NCBI GenBank assembly: GCA_964016885.1
Contig: OZ024742.1
Span: 77,190,001 to 77,254,000 of the forward strand
DNA from: Eledone cirrhosa
Taxonomy: Eukaryota
DNA: 64,000 nucleotides
Direction of reading: 5' to 3'
Shown: positions 12,699-27,037 of the stretch, in pieces
Layout: each line of letters opens with the position of its first letter
Numbering within the stretch: the first letter of the stretch is position 1
Position numbers and translations under genes: made by a program
Notes under the pieces: model-generated
Told to the model about the DNA's origin: nothing
What the model saw: the letters and a program-made list of their open reading frames with translations, nothing else
Databases searched by the model: none

Positions 12699-14312
12699 GT
12701 AATATGCTTCGGTAATACAGAGATCACAAGATGTTCTTCGTCCATTGTACGGTTGGGCCCTAGCTAAAATATCCCATGTTAGTGAGTGTTCAATGTTGGT
12801 TTTTAATGAGCCAAACTAGAGATGTTGAACATCTGTTGTTAGGGTCTCGGAAGGAAAAAGAGTGCGCGTTATAGCGTGCCTTAGAAGGGTTAGAGGTAGA
12901 CTCGATATAGGAGCTGGTATTCGAAGCAGTTTTAACCGTGCACCTATAGACTATGTTGGGTGTCAGGCAATTTCCATTTAGTGGGCATTCATTAGGGTAA
13001 CGGCAGTTGCAGTTGCTTCTGCGGTTAGTGAGAGTAGAGTAGTTTAATCTAAGTGGGTAGTCAGTGTTAGAAGGATTAGATGGGGGACGTGTGCTACTAG
13101 AGTAAGTATTGGTGTAGTGGCGTGGTGTATTTGATAGGGGTGGTGGTACCGCGGTGTGGGAGTTATACTGTCTTATTTTATGATGGTTACTGAATGCAAT
13201 GTGGCTAGCTAGGTTAGGTGTTGTGGAGAATGAGATTTTAATATTATTTTTATTAAAGAGTTTGTAATATCTATGGTTGGGGGGTAAATGTTTAGATAGC
13301 ACAGAGAATAAGCGTTTAGGGATATTAGTGGCTAGATTAGATGAGAGTGGGGGGTTGAGCCAGGTGATATTTCTAGGCCTATTCCTTCTAGGGGCTCTAG
13401 TTGAGTTGGTAGGGGCCTTCCTAGGGTTATTATTACCTGGGGATTTGTTATTTGTCATCCCATTTCTCATTCCTATTCTAGAGTTGATTTTTAGATTTCT
13501 ACTTGGAGTGGGGAGCAGGCCTCTGCCACCATTAAAATTCCCTGTAAAGGTGCTGTAACTGCTAAAACTCCGGTGAATCTGGCTATATTCTAAGGTATTC
13601 CTAGTTCTAGTGTTAAGTTTATTATGGTGAATTGCTGTGTTATGGCATTTAGGTATGTAGTAAATGGACTGTTCATAACCAGATTCGGAAAGTGCCTTAT
13701 TATAATATTGTGCATTGTTTATAAATATCTCCTCATTTGCTGATAGCATGGAGATCCTATATGAGATAGATTTGATTACTGCTCTGATGACTGCCGGTGT
13801 GTGGTTAGAGTGTGGGCTAATATAAGTGAGTATTTCACCTGGTTTATGGTAAGGGTAATATAGGTTATTGTTGAGATCCAGGGTGACGTCTAGGAATATT
13901 ACTACTTTATGGTTCGGCTCGATGGCGATAGAGAGACCGTTATTATTAAAGAATCTATGTAATTGTTTTTTAGCAAATCAATTAGTGCAATTGTAGATTG
14001 CAAATAGGGTTTCGTCCCTGTATATTGCGCCTTGCAAGGGTTGTATTTCGGCTCTGGTGTTGTGTAATAGGTAAATTGCAACTAAATCGGTGATTTGCGC
14101 AGAGTCACTTGAGCCCATCGTGATGTCAAAGTTGTCTGTTCTGTCTTTTCTAGTCCAGAGTGCTCCGTTGAATTCAATGATGGTCTGCCTAGCCATAAGT
14201 ATGATGTCAGTCTCATTATTGCTTATGTCCGAATTGGTGCTGGCTAGGGTTAATGCTTTGTTGAGCAGTTCCGGGGTTATTGAAGCGTAATAGCTGTCGA
14301 TGTCAAATCTAT
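12699..14312 (-). mobile_element. Naiad-type Penelope-like element, partial inverted copy (RT to GIY-YIG)
   Basis: FDIDSYYASI, FDITMGSSDSAQITDLV, IYRDE, RNITWLNPPLS, CNCRYPNECPLNGNCL, NIVY...SYIEST. Closely similar inverted copy of ~14980-16585. Confidence 0.9.
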
Positions 14313-14324
14313 CCATGTTGAGCA

Positions 14325-17260
14325 AGCTGGAACTCAGGATCTCCCTTAATGCCATAACTCTCCAGACAGGAAGACATACCTCAAATAGTAATACAGAGTG
14401 TCAACTCTTTCATCCGAAGAATAAGATGGAAAGCCTTCCACTTTGACCGTGCGGATGCTGCTGCCGCCGGAAGTACAGCAAACAGATATGGATTTACCAC
14501 CTGCAAGAATCCCCCAAACAGCATCCTGCTGGACCCTTTTGAGAACAATCTATTCAACTTCGTCAGGAGCATTAAATTCAAAAAGCATTGTAGACACAAG
14601 AATAATTTCCTCACCAAATTAGCAACAACTATAAAACAATTTAAAGATAGCTACCTCTTACATGTTATGTCTGACAAAACTAAAAATCTATACACCATGA
14701 CTTCTGAAACTTACAACTCTTTCCTACTTAAGGAACTTAATATAAACTATAAAAAAACAATACCCTCCAGTGTAAACGTACTTAACCGAAAAGGCTTTGG
14801 TTAAGGACTTGCATCTGGATAGATTTACCCACTGTACCAACAACCCCAAGGTTCTCTGTCAAGGATCATAAGCCAATCTTTATAGAGAACCAATCTATTA
14901 CACTTATAAGCGCAAGCACATCTGACCTGGGTCGTATCAGTAAGAACATCCTTGGTAGGATCATCCCTGGGCTACGGGATTATATTATTGAAGCTATTAC
15001 GCCTTAATAAACCCGGAAATGCTCAAAAAGCATTAACCCTAGGCAGCACCAACTGGGACATAACCAATAATGAGATTTACATCATACTTATGGCTAGGCA
15101 GACCATCATTGAATTCAACGGAGCACTCTGAACTAGAAAAGACAGAACAGACAACTTTGACATCACGATGGGCTCAAGTGTCTCTGCGCAAATCACCGAT
15201 TTAGTTGGAATTTACCCATTACACAACATAAGAGCCGAAATCCAACCCTTGCAATGCGGAATATACAGGGACGATGCCCTATTTGCAGTCCACAATTGCA
15301 CTAGTCGGGGCATTGATTTGCTAAAAAAACAATTACATAGATTCTTTAAAAATAACGGTCTTTGAGCCGATCCATAAAGTAGTAACCTTCCTACACGTCA
15401 CCCTGGATCTCAACAATAACCTATATTACCCTTACCATAAACCAGGTGAAATACTCACTTATATTAGCCCACACTCTAACCACACACCGGCAGTCATCAG
15501 AGCAGTAATCAAATCTATCTCATATAGGATCTCCATGCTATCAGTAAATGAGGAGATATTTATAAACCATGCACAATATTATAATAAGGCTCTTTCTGAA
15601 TCTGTTTGTGAACAATCCATTTACTACATACCTAAATGCCATAACACAGCAATTCACCATAATAAACTTAACACTAGAACTAGAAATACCTTAGAATATA
15701 GCCAGATTTGCCGGAATTTTAGCAGTTACAGCACCTATACAGGGAATTTTAATAGTGGCAGTGGCCTGCTCCCCACTCCAAGTAGCAAACTAAAAATCGA
15801 CCCTAGAATAGGAATGAGAAATGGGATGACAAATAACAAATCCCCAGGTAATAATAACCCTAGGAAGGCCCCTAACAACTCAACTAGAGCCCCTAGAAGG
15901 AATAGGCCTAGAAATATCACCTGGCTCAACCCCCCATTCTCATCTAATCTAGCTACTAATATCCCTAAACGCTTCTTCTCTGTCCTATCTAAACATTTAC
16001 CACCCAACCATAGATATTACAAACTCTTTAATAAAAATAACATTAAAATCTCATTCTCCACAACACCTAACCGAGCTAGCCACATCGCATTCAGTAACCA
16101 TCATAAACTAAGACAGTATAACTCCCACACCGCGGTACCACCACCCCTATCAAATACACCACGCCACTACACCAATACTTACTCTAGTAGCACATCACCC
16201 CCATCTAATCCTTCTAACACTGACCAACCACTTAGGTTAAACTACTCTACTCTCACTAACCGCAGAAGCAACTGCAACTGCCGTTACGCTAATGCATGCC
16301 CACTAAATGGACATTGACTGACACCCAACATAGTCTATATGTCCACGGTTAAAACTGCTTCGACTACCAGCTCCTATATCGGGTCTACCTCTAACCCTTC
16401 TAAGGTACGCTATAACACGCACTCTTTTTCCTTCCGAGACCCTAACAACAAATATTCGACATCTCTAGTTAGGCTCATTAAAAACCAACATTGAACACTC
16501 ACTAACATGGGATATTTTAGCTAGGGCCCAACCGTTCAATGGACGAAGAAAATCTTGTGATCTCTGTATTACCGAAGCATATTACATAACTCTATCACGA
16601 CCTCTACCGATTAACGATAGAACGGAGGTAACTATTAGCTGCCAACATCGAAGGGCTAATTCCTTCGCCAACAGAATATTTGACACAACATAGTCATCTA
16701 GCCCCATTGTTACTTGTAGCTAATAAGTTAAATAGCTATAACTAACTTAGATAATTATAAGTTACCTCCCCTACATTGTCCCTCAATTAAAATATTTAAA
16801 AATTTGCACTTAACTATAAACTACCCACAATTTCTAATCTCTCGAGGAGTTACTTCCCCTGAACCAACCTCTTATTAGTAATGTAAATATGTCCATTGGC
16901 GGCCATTTTGTTACCCATAGGCAGACCTCACACAATGCAACCTCGACAGATGAATATTGCTTGATTATGGCTGACAATTGATACACCCAGGACACCATAG
17001 TGAAATACCATATATGGAACATTACATTATGTAACATTCTCTCCTTATCTTAATTTATATTCCTTTGAAGTTCCGATGAGCCGCTCTGTTTTTAAATATG
17101 TTAATTATTTTCAACTGAACCAGATCAATAATGATATATAGTCATTTGATCCAGAAATATTATATGGAGTAGTGAAACAATAGTAAACGGACATTATTAT
17201 TATTAATATTATTATTATTAATATTATTCTCTACATTCCTTACATCAAACTAAAATATGT
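14325..17260 (+). mobile_element. Naiad-type Penelope-like element, near full length, frameshifted
   Basis: N-terminal SFIRRIRWKAFHF and YGFTTCKNPP, RT motif IYRDDAL, RNITWLNPPFS, CNCR zinc motif, GIY-YIG (IVY...YIGST), CDLCITE. The 3' UTR carries an HHR-like motif. Confidence 0.92.
17070..17188 (+). ncRNA. Hammerhead-like motif with long stem II insertion
   Basis: GTT-CCGATGA-GCCGCTCT...(~80 nt)...GGAGTAGT-GAAA-caataG-TA-AAC, in the Naiad 3' UTR. Confidence 0.55.
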
Positions 17261-17322
17261 TGACAATCTTTTAATAATGTCTTCCTTGTGAAATGTGTGG
17301 TCTTGTTTTGCTTAACTAATGA

Positions 17323-17398
<76 letters not shown>

Positions 17399-17430
17399 CT
17401 GCGTATCATGTATGTATCTATGTATCTCTC

Positions 17431-17512
<82 letters not shown>

Positions 17513-17802
17513 TGTGTGTTGTGTGTGTGTATATATATATATGTGTGTGTGTGATATGTGTATGTTTCTGTATGTGAAATCCCATTCATATATCAATATT
17601 TCTTACAATCTTACTATGTTGCTGATACATAACATACGTTTTCAATGACATCTTCAATATTTATTGAATCATTTACATTATTTACTGTTTAGATCACACT
17701 AGATATTTTGTGAACCTGATATAATGTATCTACGTTTCTTACTAATGGGGATATATAATTCCTTCCCCACTTACCATCGACATCGATATAGCAATTCAAA
17801 AG

Positions 17803-17936
17803 TTATCTCTTTTCAAATTTCTTTCTCATCACCTCCTTTTATTCTATATTTCTTTCACAAATATATTGTGGAGTATTACTTGTGTGTGGAGTAAATACAA
17901 GCTAAAAGTACTTTTTACAAGTATCAACCCATATGC

Positions 17937-18020
<84 letters not shown>

Positions 18021-18157
18021 ATATGCATATGTGTTGATACTTGTTAAAGGTACTTTTAGCTTGTATTTTCCCCACACACAAGTAATACTCCACAATATAT
18101 TTGTGAAAGAAATATAAATAAAAGGAGGTGATGAGATAGAAATTTGAAAAGAGATAA
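17803..18157. repeat. Palindrome centred on a (TA)n tract
   Basis: Arms of ~140 bp are reverse-complementary with scattered substitutions. Mirror ORFs at 17844-18095(-) and 17866-18117(+). Confidence 0.92.
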
Positions 18158-21100
18158 TATATATATATATATATAGATATAGATATATAGATATAGTTAT
18201 ATATATATATAGTTATATATATATATACATATAGATATATTGCATATATATATGTGTATGTGTGTGTATGAATGTGTGCGATTGTATGTATGTGGGCTTA
18301 ATTGTGTCTGTAAGTATTGGAGTTCGTGTGTATCCATCTGCTGTCTAGATATCACTATCTTCTTTATATTAAGTATATTTCTCATCATCGATTCAAGAGA
18401 CGCCATATTGTAATATCTCTTTAGGCAAATTAAACATTTAACCTCCTTCGAAGTTTGTACAGCTCCTCTCCGATCCTCGGAGCTTAAAATCTAGCGATAT
18501 ATTGATTCTGTATTAATATTTGACTTGAGAAATTCAGTGGACTTTCTAACTTGATATACGAAAAGGGTCGATAGCTCTTAAGGTTGAATACATATCGAAT
18601 ATCAGGTAGACTATATAAAACAACCTCTTTGTTATGTTGTGACATTGATCTGTGTTATGACCCTACCTTTACTTTCTAAACGCTCGATGTTATAGAAAAT
18701 AGCATATTGACATCATGGTAAACACTTTTCATTGGTCAAACTTTCATTGAATCTATCTAACTTTCTTACGCGCAGTAACACTGACATAGGCACAAACAGG
18801 CTGATAATATACATATATCGCTTGCATGTATGTTTTCTTTTTAATCCTTTTATATTTGCAGAGTTCACGCTGGTCATTAAGTGGGATTTATTTCTGCTTC
18901 TATCAAATCATTTGATTGTACTCATAACATTGTTGTACAGGGTGCTTTCGTAAACGATTGTGTAAGTGTGTGTGTACGGCTTCTATTTAGGTCGGTGAGT
19001 TTGTATTCGTATTTCACAAAGTCTGAGCAATTTTATTCCGGAAAACTCCGAGAGACTTTGCAATGTTTTACAAACGTTCATGGGAATACCTAGTTTTTTC
19101 TACCGACTTGATATTCAATTCTAATTTAACTAAATTCCTTTTGGGAATAACATTGACGAATATTACAGATTCGTATTTGTTGTTGTCATACCATGAGATG
19201 ACGCTATTTATCATCTTGACTCTCTCTATTCTATTCTAAATATTGCTCTTCTAAATGTGGTGGCTGGTCCCATTCGCATCATATGATATGCTGTTCATCC
19301 ATTTAGCCCTGGCTACTTTGTATGCCTTGATCACATTGATATCAACTAGAGAACTGCCTGCAGTGGAAGTAGTATTTTATTTGCCGCTCTAATTCATTAG
19401 GATCACTCATTCAAGACACATTCTTCACCACTCTTACTAAGCCCCAATCAGTATGTTGACTTTCACGTTCTACAAAATGGTTGTGGAACACTGGCTCATG
19501 TAATTGTATTCCATGGGTTTGGTATAATTCGCATTATATATATCAAATACATATCGAATCCTCTACGGATGTTAGTCTCTGTATTTCATATTACTACTAT
19601 ATATATATATATATATATATATGCGCGCGCGAGCACGTGTGTGTGTACATCACTTTTATATCACTTTTCGATAATTGTTTCATTGCATAATATGTATTTC
19701 AATGACATGGTTATGCAATTGTTATACAATTACGAGGTTAGTTCTGCATCTATCGAGATATGCCGCTGGAAATGTATTACAATCTTGATGTGTTTTCAAG
19801 CAAACGAACATACGTGCGATTGAAAATATGTATATATTTTGCATAACTACACCTCATAATTGTTTGAACATCTAATGATGTAAGATGGAGGCTGTCACTG
19901 ACATTCCCAATGCCTAGATATTGAAATATATATTATGAAATAAAACAATTATTTAAAACAAGGAGACATAAAGCAGGCTTTGTTTAGTATTTGAAAATTA
20001 GTAAGAAACATGTACGTAAGCCGTATTTGACTAAATAGGATTAGTCTATTAATTGGGATTTAAAAAATACCCTCTAAATGGAAAAAAAGGATGAGTATTG
20101 ACGTAGATGGGACACGAACCCACATAATCCTGTCTCAATAATATTACTAAATGGAAACTCAATCACACATAAATGCCATCATTTCGCGGGGGAAAAAGTA
20201 TTGGCGGGGAATGCTATTCTTTCGGACTGCTTAAACCGGAAAATCTCGTGGTGTTACAACGTGATGATTGTGTGAATGTGTGTATGTATGTGTATATATA
20301 TATTAAAAATATATATATATATATATATACAAATAAAGATTCAGCGTGAATCGCATTTTCGGCGGGCAGGGAAAGCGAAGCGAAACGCAAAAATCAGAAA
20401 TGATACTGGCAAAGTGCTCAATATTCAAAAACCAGAGCTAAACAATGTGTTAAGAAGCCATACAAAACTGAAAAGGTGGTCAAGAAAGCATTAACCACCC
20501 AAGCCAAATGCCAAATCAAGCCAAACAGGTCAAAATAAAATAAATCATAAAAAATAAGTGATAACCAGACCTGGACTCCCTAAGTTGCTGTTAAAATCCG
20601 ATGTAGAATTTCTGTGACACCTAAATCAAAATACAGACTGCTTAAAAATATAAGCTTTGTGTATAACGATCGAACAAGGAATATCACGTTATCAACAAGT
20701 ATTTGGCTCTATACCAAATAAGTGAATGATACGGTGGTAAGCTAAACCACGTGTGGAAATCACAAGGGGAATAATCCCAGATTTTGACAAAGTAATTCAG
20801 TTCGTGTAAATCATACGGAAAATAGCATAGATAGCACAAATCGAATAAGTTCCCAACCGAGTAGTTTAAAATAGACTTATACAATTAACCTGTCAATAGA
20901 AATTATTGACACGTTCCTTGTAAGACACGGGAGATTAATACAAATAAAGATTCAACGAGAATATATATATTCTCGCTGAGTTATTCCCCTTGTGATTTCC
21001 ACAACGAACAGCGGAGGACGCGTTACGCACCTTTCCGACAGACAACCTATCCCCCACCCCGGAAAAAAACCCAATTGATGGATGTGAATCCGAAGTATAT

Positions 21101-21355
21101 AGGGACAATTAAATCTCTCCCAAGGTAACTCTTTCTCGTGTTGTTATTTTTATTTTATCCTTTATGCTCTTTCCTTCATTCCTCTAAACGTCTTATACAC
21201 GCTACGCATCTCAACGTACACCCACTTACATCTCTCTCTCCATCACCGGATCTTGTTACCCGGAGATTTACCCATTTGCATTGTCGAGGCTGCCAAACGA
21301 CTTAAAGAAATTTACCTTATCATTCCACAATGCTTCAAGCAAACTTCAATACTCT

Positions 21356-21400
<45 letters not shown>

Positions 21401-21523
21401 GTTAATATAAATTAATATATTTGATAAACACAAATACCAACATATCCATGTTTGTATTGTAAATGACTAAGTTAGCTAGATTGAAAAATACTAATTATAA
21501 TAATACAGTTTGCCTGTCTCGAT

Positions 21524-22653
21524 TTATAAAATGCTCGGACCTACTCATTAGAATCTCAGAGCTTATTTTGCGGGTGATATGGCGCATGTCTTTCTGGCAT
21601 GACACCCATAATTTTGATTTAGATTAAATTCATTTGATTTATCTTAATTTTGGATATAGATATATAAATACGGCTCCTTAATTGTAGCGCTAACTCTGTT
21701 GAAAGGACTCGACTGCTGTTTCTAGTTGTCGATAACCCTATTCACGACACTGGGACGAAGCTAGTATGATGTGTGTATTTCTAGTAAATACAACACGTGC
21801 TGGCCAGTCGCTGATTTGAACTTGAAGTGTAAACACGGATTGCTGGAACTTCTTCCTTGTTGAAAATCCAAGTCTCCACTTTTGTGGTTTACCATCTGAT
21901 TAATTGGTGAAATATATTTCTTTAATGGAATATATACAGGGAAGATAAATCATATAAGGTATCTATTTTTGAAGTTCTGGTCAACTTTATTTAGCTACCT
22001 ACCCAGCTATGTGTGGTTACACACTTGTAAAAATTATCTCCTGTGATTATTCATGTTTATTTAAATGTTAATCAATCTCTAGTTATTATAAAATGTTCGG
22101 ATTTACTCGTTAGAATGTTAGAGCTTATTTTGCGGGTGATATGGTGCATGTCTTTCTGGCATGACACCCATAATTTGGATTTAGATTAAATTCATTTGAT
22201 TTATCTTAATTTTGGATATAGATATATAAATACGGCTCCTTAATTGTAGAGCTAACTCTGTTGAAAGGACTCGACTGCTGTTTCTAGTTGTCGATAACCC
22301 TATTCACGCCACTGGGACGAAGCTAGTATGATGTGTGTAGTTCTAGTAAATACAACACGTGCTGGCCAGTCGCTGATTTGAACTTGAAGTGTAAACACGG
22401 ATTGCTGGAACTTCTTCCTTGTTGAAAATCCAAGTCTCAACTGCTGTGGTTTACTATCTGATTAATTGGTGAAATATATTTCTTTAATGGAATATATACA
22501 GGGAAGATTAATTATATTATAAGGTATCTATTTTTGAAGTTCTGGTCAACTTTATTTAGTTACCTACCCAGCTATGTGTGGTTACACACTTGTAAAAATT
22601 ATCTCCTGTGATTATTCATGTTTATTTATATGTTAATCAATCTCTAGTTATTA
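21524..22653. repeat. Tandem direct duplication, period ~562 bp
   Basis: Copies start at TTATAAAATG (21524 and 22086) and are near-identical throughout. Confidence 0.95.
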
Positions 22654-22753
22654 CATATCTATATATATATTTACTCTACGGTTCTTATATATTTGATATA
22701 TATTTATCCTTATTGAGCCCTCTTTGGATTTTAGTCTTCAAATTTATTATTAT

Positions 22754-22796
<43 letters not shown>

Positions 22797-23099
22797 GTAT
22801 ATATATATGTGTATACTTGTGCGTACATGCATGTATGCATATGTATATATGCACACCTGTATGGATGTGTGTGTAGATGTGTGAGTGTTTGAAGGGGTAG
22901 GTGTGAGTGTATGTACAAATGAGCCAGCATAAAACCTGTAATTCTAAATGTTCTAAACTATCTAAGTATTGGACTCTAACCATTATATTAAGTATTTCCA
23001 CTCCACTTTTTGTATGTGTAGAAGTGTGTATGTGTCTGTGGAGGTGTGTGTGAGTGTAGTGCAAGCCAACCTACATAAGCCTTTTCATTTGTAAACTTT

Positions 23100-23535
23100 C
23101 TACTCCAACCATAATTTTCAGTAGCACCACTCCACATAAATTCCTCAATTGAAGAATGACCTGTAGTATCTATTTCATACTATTATCCTTATTTAAAAAT
23201 ATATCTGACCAAGAATGCCTTTTGTGAAAATCAGTCATGTGGAACTATTGTCATCTTGCCTGATGGTTTGAACCCTACAGAACCACCTGCCTCTTTGAGG
23301 TCAAATACCGACCTACTACCATCTATTAACTGATCAATGAGAATCAAGACTTTTCCTGCTGAAAACATCAAAATATTCCTAACAAGCTCATATGTCCCAA
23401 GGCTCTGATACCATCAACACTATACACACAGAGCTGGCATATCTAAGAACTGACTAACTGCCTGATGAGGTCATAGCCATTCAATGGCTATCATCTAAAT
23501 ATATATAGTAGTAAATAAAGGATTATGAGTTCATG
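23100..23535 (+). mobile_element. Degenerate PLE 3' fragment
   Basis: CCTGATGGTTTGAAC reads PDGLN, like a GIY-YIG C-terminus. CTGATGA half-core at 23462, then AATAAA and (TA)n. Confidence 0.4.
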
Positions 23536-23577
23536 CAATTGACTTATGTATCGTCACTATATATATACATATATATT

Positions 23578-23679
<102 letters not shown>

Positions 23680-23684
23680 TATAC

Positions 23685-23799
<115 letters not shown>

Positions 23800-23999
23800 T
23801 CAGGACCCCGACGGCTGAACTCCAATCGTTTCGAGGGCTAGATCCGAAACAGCCGGAACTCAGCCGTCTAGGTTCTGATTCTTTTCCTATTAACCACTCT
23901 ACTACCATAAGTATCGAGTGCTATAATGCGTTATGGTACACCTGGTACTTTACCGCATGTCTTATTATATATATATAACTATAATAATTTTAATTGGTT

Positions 24000-24960
24000 T
24001 CAGCCTGTATTGGCCGAAATACCACCAGTTGGTGAAGTCTTTCAGATCATGATTTGGACGCGATGACCCACCTAAGTTGGGAGTTATTGTATATGGATAC
24101 ATATTCGAGTATAGCATGTTTATCCAGGATTACTTTGAGGACGTAATCCAAGGGCCTATTGAATTTTATTGGATCTGCTTATGCTTTTTTATGTAATTTT
24201 AAAGAGACCGGCACCAGTTGATGTGAAATAATTGCGCCATAATGTTGTCATGAGATACGAGTTTCAATTTTATTGTGTGTGCACGGTGCCGAAAAATCAG
24301 ATTTATTATAAAGAGGATGTCAACATCATTTGTGTGATGTTGATTGAATATTTTCCACACTATGCCGCTAACGTAGTGCAAATGGCTGCATTGAAAAAAG
24401 TAGAGTTTGAGCATTTTCAGTCGACCCCAATAGACAAAGCTTGTCAAACGTTCTATCTCATTTTGTGATTCACCTTTGAGATGCTTCAACGTTCATGATA
24501 TTTTTGTTCGTTAGGAAAGAAGACAGTCGGTAACCGTATATAATGGGGAGCCAGGCAAATGTAGAGTACTGAAAGATCATGATGTGGATATCTCTTGAGC
24601 GGGTCATGTGAATGATGTTGTTTATATGAGGATGCCAAGAAGATTTAACCTGAGGGAAGATAATACGATAATTTCAGTGCATCATCTTTTCCAAAGTGGA
24701 TACGTTTGAATTTATCTTCGTTCAGGAGCATCTTCTTTTATTACAGGAAGTAGATTTGATTGAATGCATGTCTGGCCTCTTATTCCATTGACTTTGTTGA
24801 TGTTTTGGGGCTTGGAATACTCTACACAGATTCTTATATTGCTGTAATTGATGACGTCGATGATATGATTGATAAAAATAATGATAAGAAGTGGGACAAA
24901 CATAGTGCCAAAATCCGTTTCCCTGTGAACTTTAATTCCATTCTACAGTACACTAAGTGC
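24000..24960 (-). mobile_element. Degenerate RTE-type LINE RT relic
   Basis: EIERLTSFVYWG resembles the RT xExVxxFxYLGS motif. Many stops. Confidence 0.45.
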
Positions 24961-25009
24961 GACAGGGCTCGTTGACGGTCCTCTACTTTTACTAATATAC
25001 CCACTCTGG

Positions 25010-25044
<35 letters not shown>

Positions 25045-25069
25045 TATATATACATGAACACACACACAT

Positions 25070-25120
<51 letters not shown>

Positions 25121-25733
25121 GACTCATATATATATAGAGAGAGGGGGAGAGAAAGTAAGATTTGCAGGTGTTTAGAGGTCAATTCAATTACGCATGTCAA
25201 ACATTTGACTGCGTATATGATATACACGTGGATCAAAACATTTGTATGTACGTATGTGTATATGTTTTATTAATATATATGCCCCTGTCTTCCCATTAAC
25301 AGTTTCTGTCGATATTTCTTTCAATAGGATAAGAACCTGTCACTAACTGAATGACAAATCATCTTTAGTGAAGTTAAAAATAAACCGATTAAAGTTGTTG
25401 TTCAACTTCTGAAAAGACTCACGTCAGTTTAAGCATATATAATATATACATATTTACACTCAAACAAGCATACATTCTCTCTTTCGCACTGACACACACA
25501 CACACATATATAAACATATATATGAATACATATATATATATTTACATATATAATTATATGAGTATATATACACATATATATCTACCTGTAAATACATAAA
25601 TACAGATGTATGTATGCATGTGTGTGTATACATGTATGCATGTGTGTGTATACATGCTCCTCTGGGCGCACATAAACATAAGTATATGAATATGTATGCA
25701 TGTATGTATGAATATATATACATAAATACATGT

Positions 25734-25868
<135 letters not shown>

Positions 25869-26983
25869 TATACATATATATATATATATGTATATATGCA
25901 CATCTGTGTACATCTGTGTGTTAGTGTTTATCCGAACGAGATTTTGTTTTGTATGTGCAAATGAGACATCCTTGCATTAAAAGTTATACTTACTGTCATC
26001 TTCTGTAATCTCTTCGTGAAGAAATGTGGGTGTATTCTTATCACAAGTTGCATGTGTATTAGTATTTATTCACACTTCTTTACAATTAACATATCCTTTT
26101 TTTGTCCACGTCACCTCAATTTATTTTCGTTTAAGGTTATATTCCAATCATGTAAATCTGAATTGTACATACTCAACTTGCAGTTGATTAAATTATTCTC
26201 AAAACGTTATCCCTATTAGAACTCAATCCCAAAAATCTTAATTTAGCCACTTAACTTCAGATCTCACATTATCTTAAACAACTTTAATTGAAAATATATG
26301 CGTCAATTATACATTTGTCCCCATTATATAGTTATTATACTTTTTACTCAATAATCTATATAGTCTATGAAATTTTCTCATGACCTTTTTGTAGGCCTTG
26401 TATTTTCTGAGCAGTATTTCCTATTCTAACGCTTGTGTGCATTTTATAAACGTTTACGAAAAGACAATAGCGTTGTAAGAGCTAATTTTTTTATTGTCTA
26501 ACTACGTCTAGAATTACTAAGAATCTAATAAACTTTGACATGCATTTTCATTTCTTTTTTCCTTTCAAATTGTCGTTTTGAAATTTTGTTTTTTATTCCT
26601 TACAGATAAAAGTAGGATACTAATAATGTTTAGCTGCTTTCTATCTGATTTACGTAACTGCCAATAGAAACGCCATTGCAGTCAGACGGATTTACTTAAG
26701 ACATTCAAAATATAGCTGAACAATAAAATGAAATGAGAAGATTACAATAAGTAAAGTGAAACTTTAATAAAAGAATATCGATAAATTCTATAAAGACATT
26801 TCTTTCTCTGTCTTATAATTTTGCATTTCACTCGAGCTTCCTCGTATGTTCAAAGAATTCTGTGCTAAATATTGGAATGACCTTACTTGATATGAACTAA
26901 ACTTAAAAGGTGACGGATAAAAAGTGAAGATAAATAAATAACAGATTAAGCATATATGTGTGAGTGTGTCAGAGTATATATAA

Positions 26984-27037
<54 letters not shown>

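Noticed and set aside
10528-12767. Plus-strand and alternative-frame ORFs over the LINE
   Set aside because: They are antisense or shadow frames of the GC-rich Tx1 ORF2.
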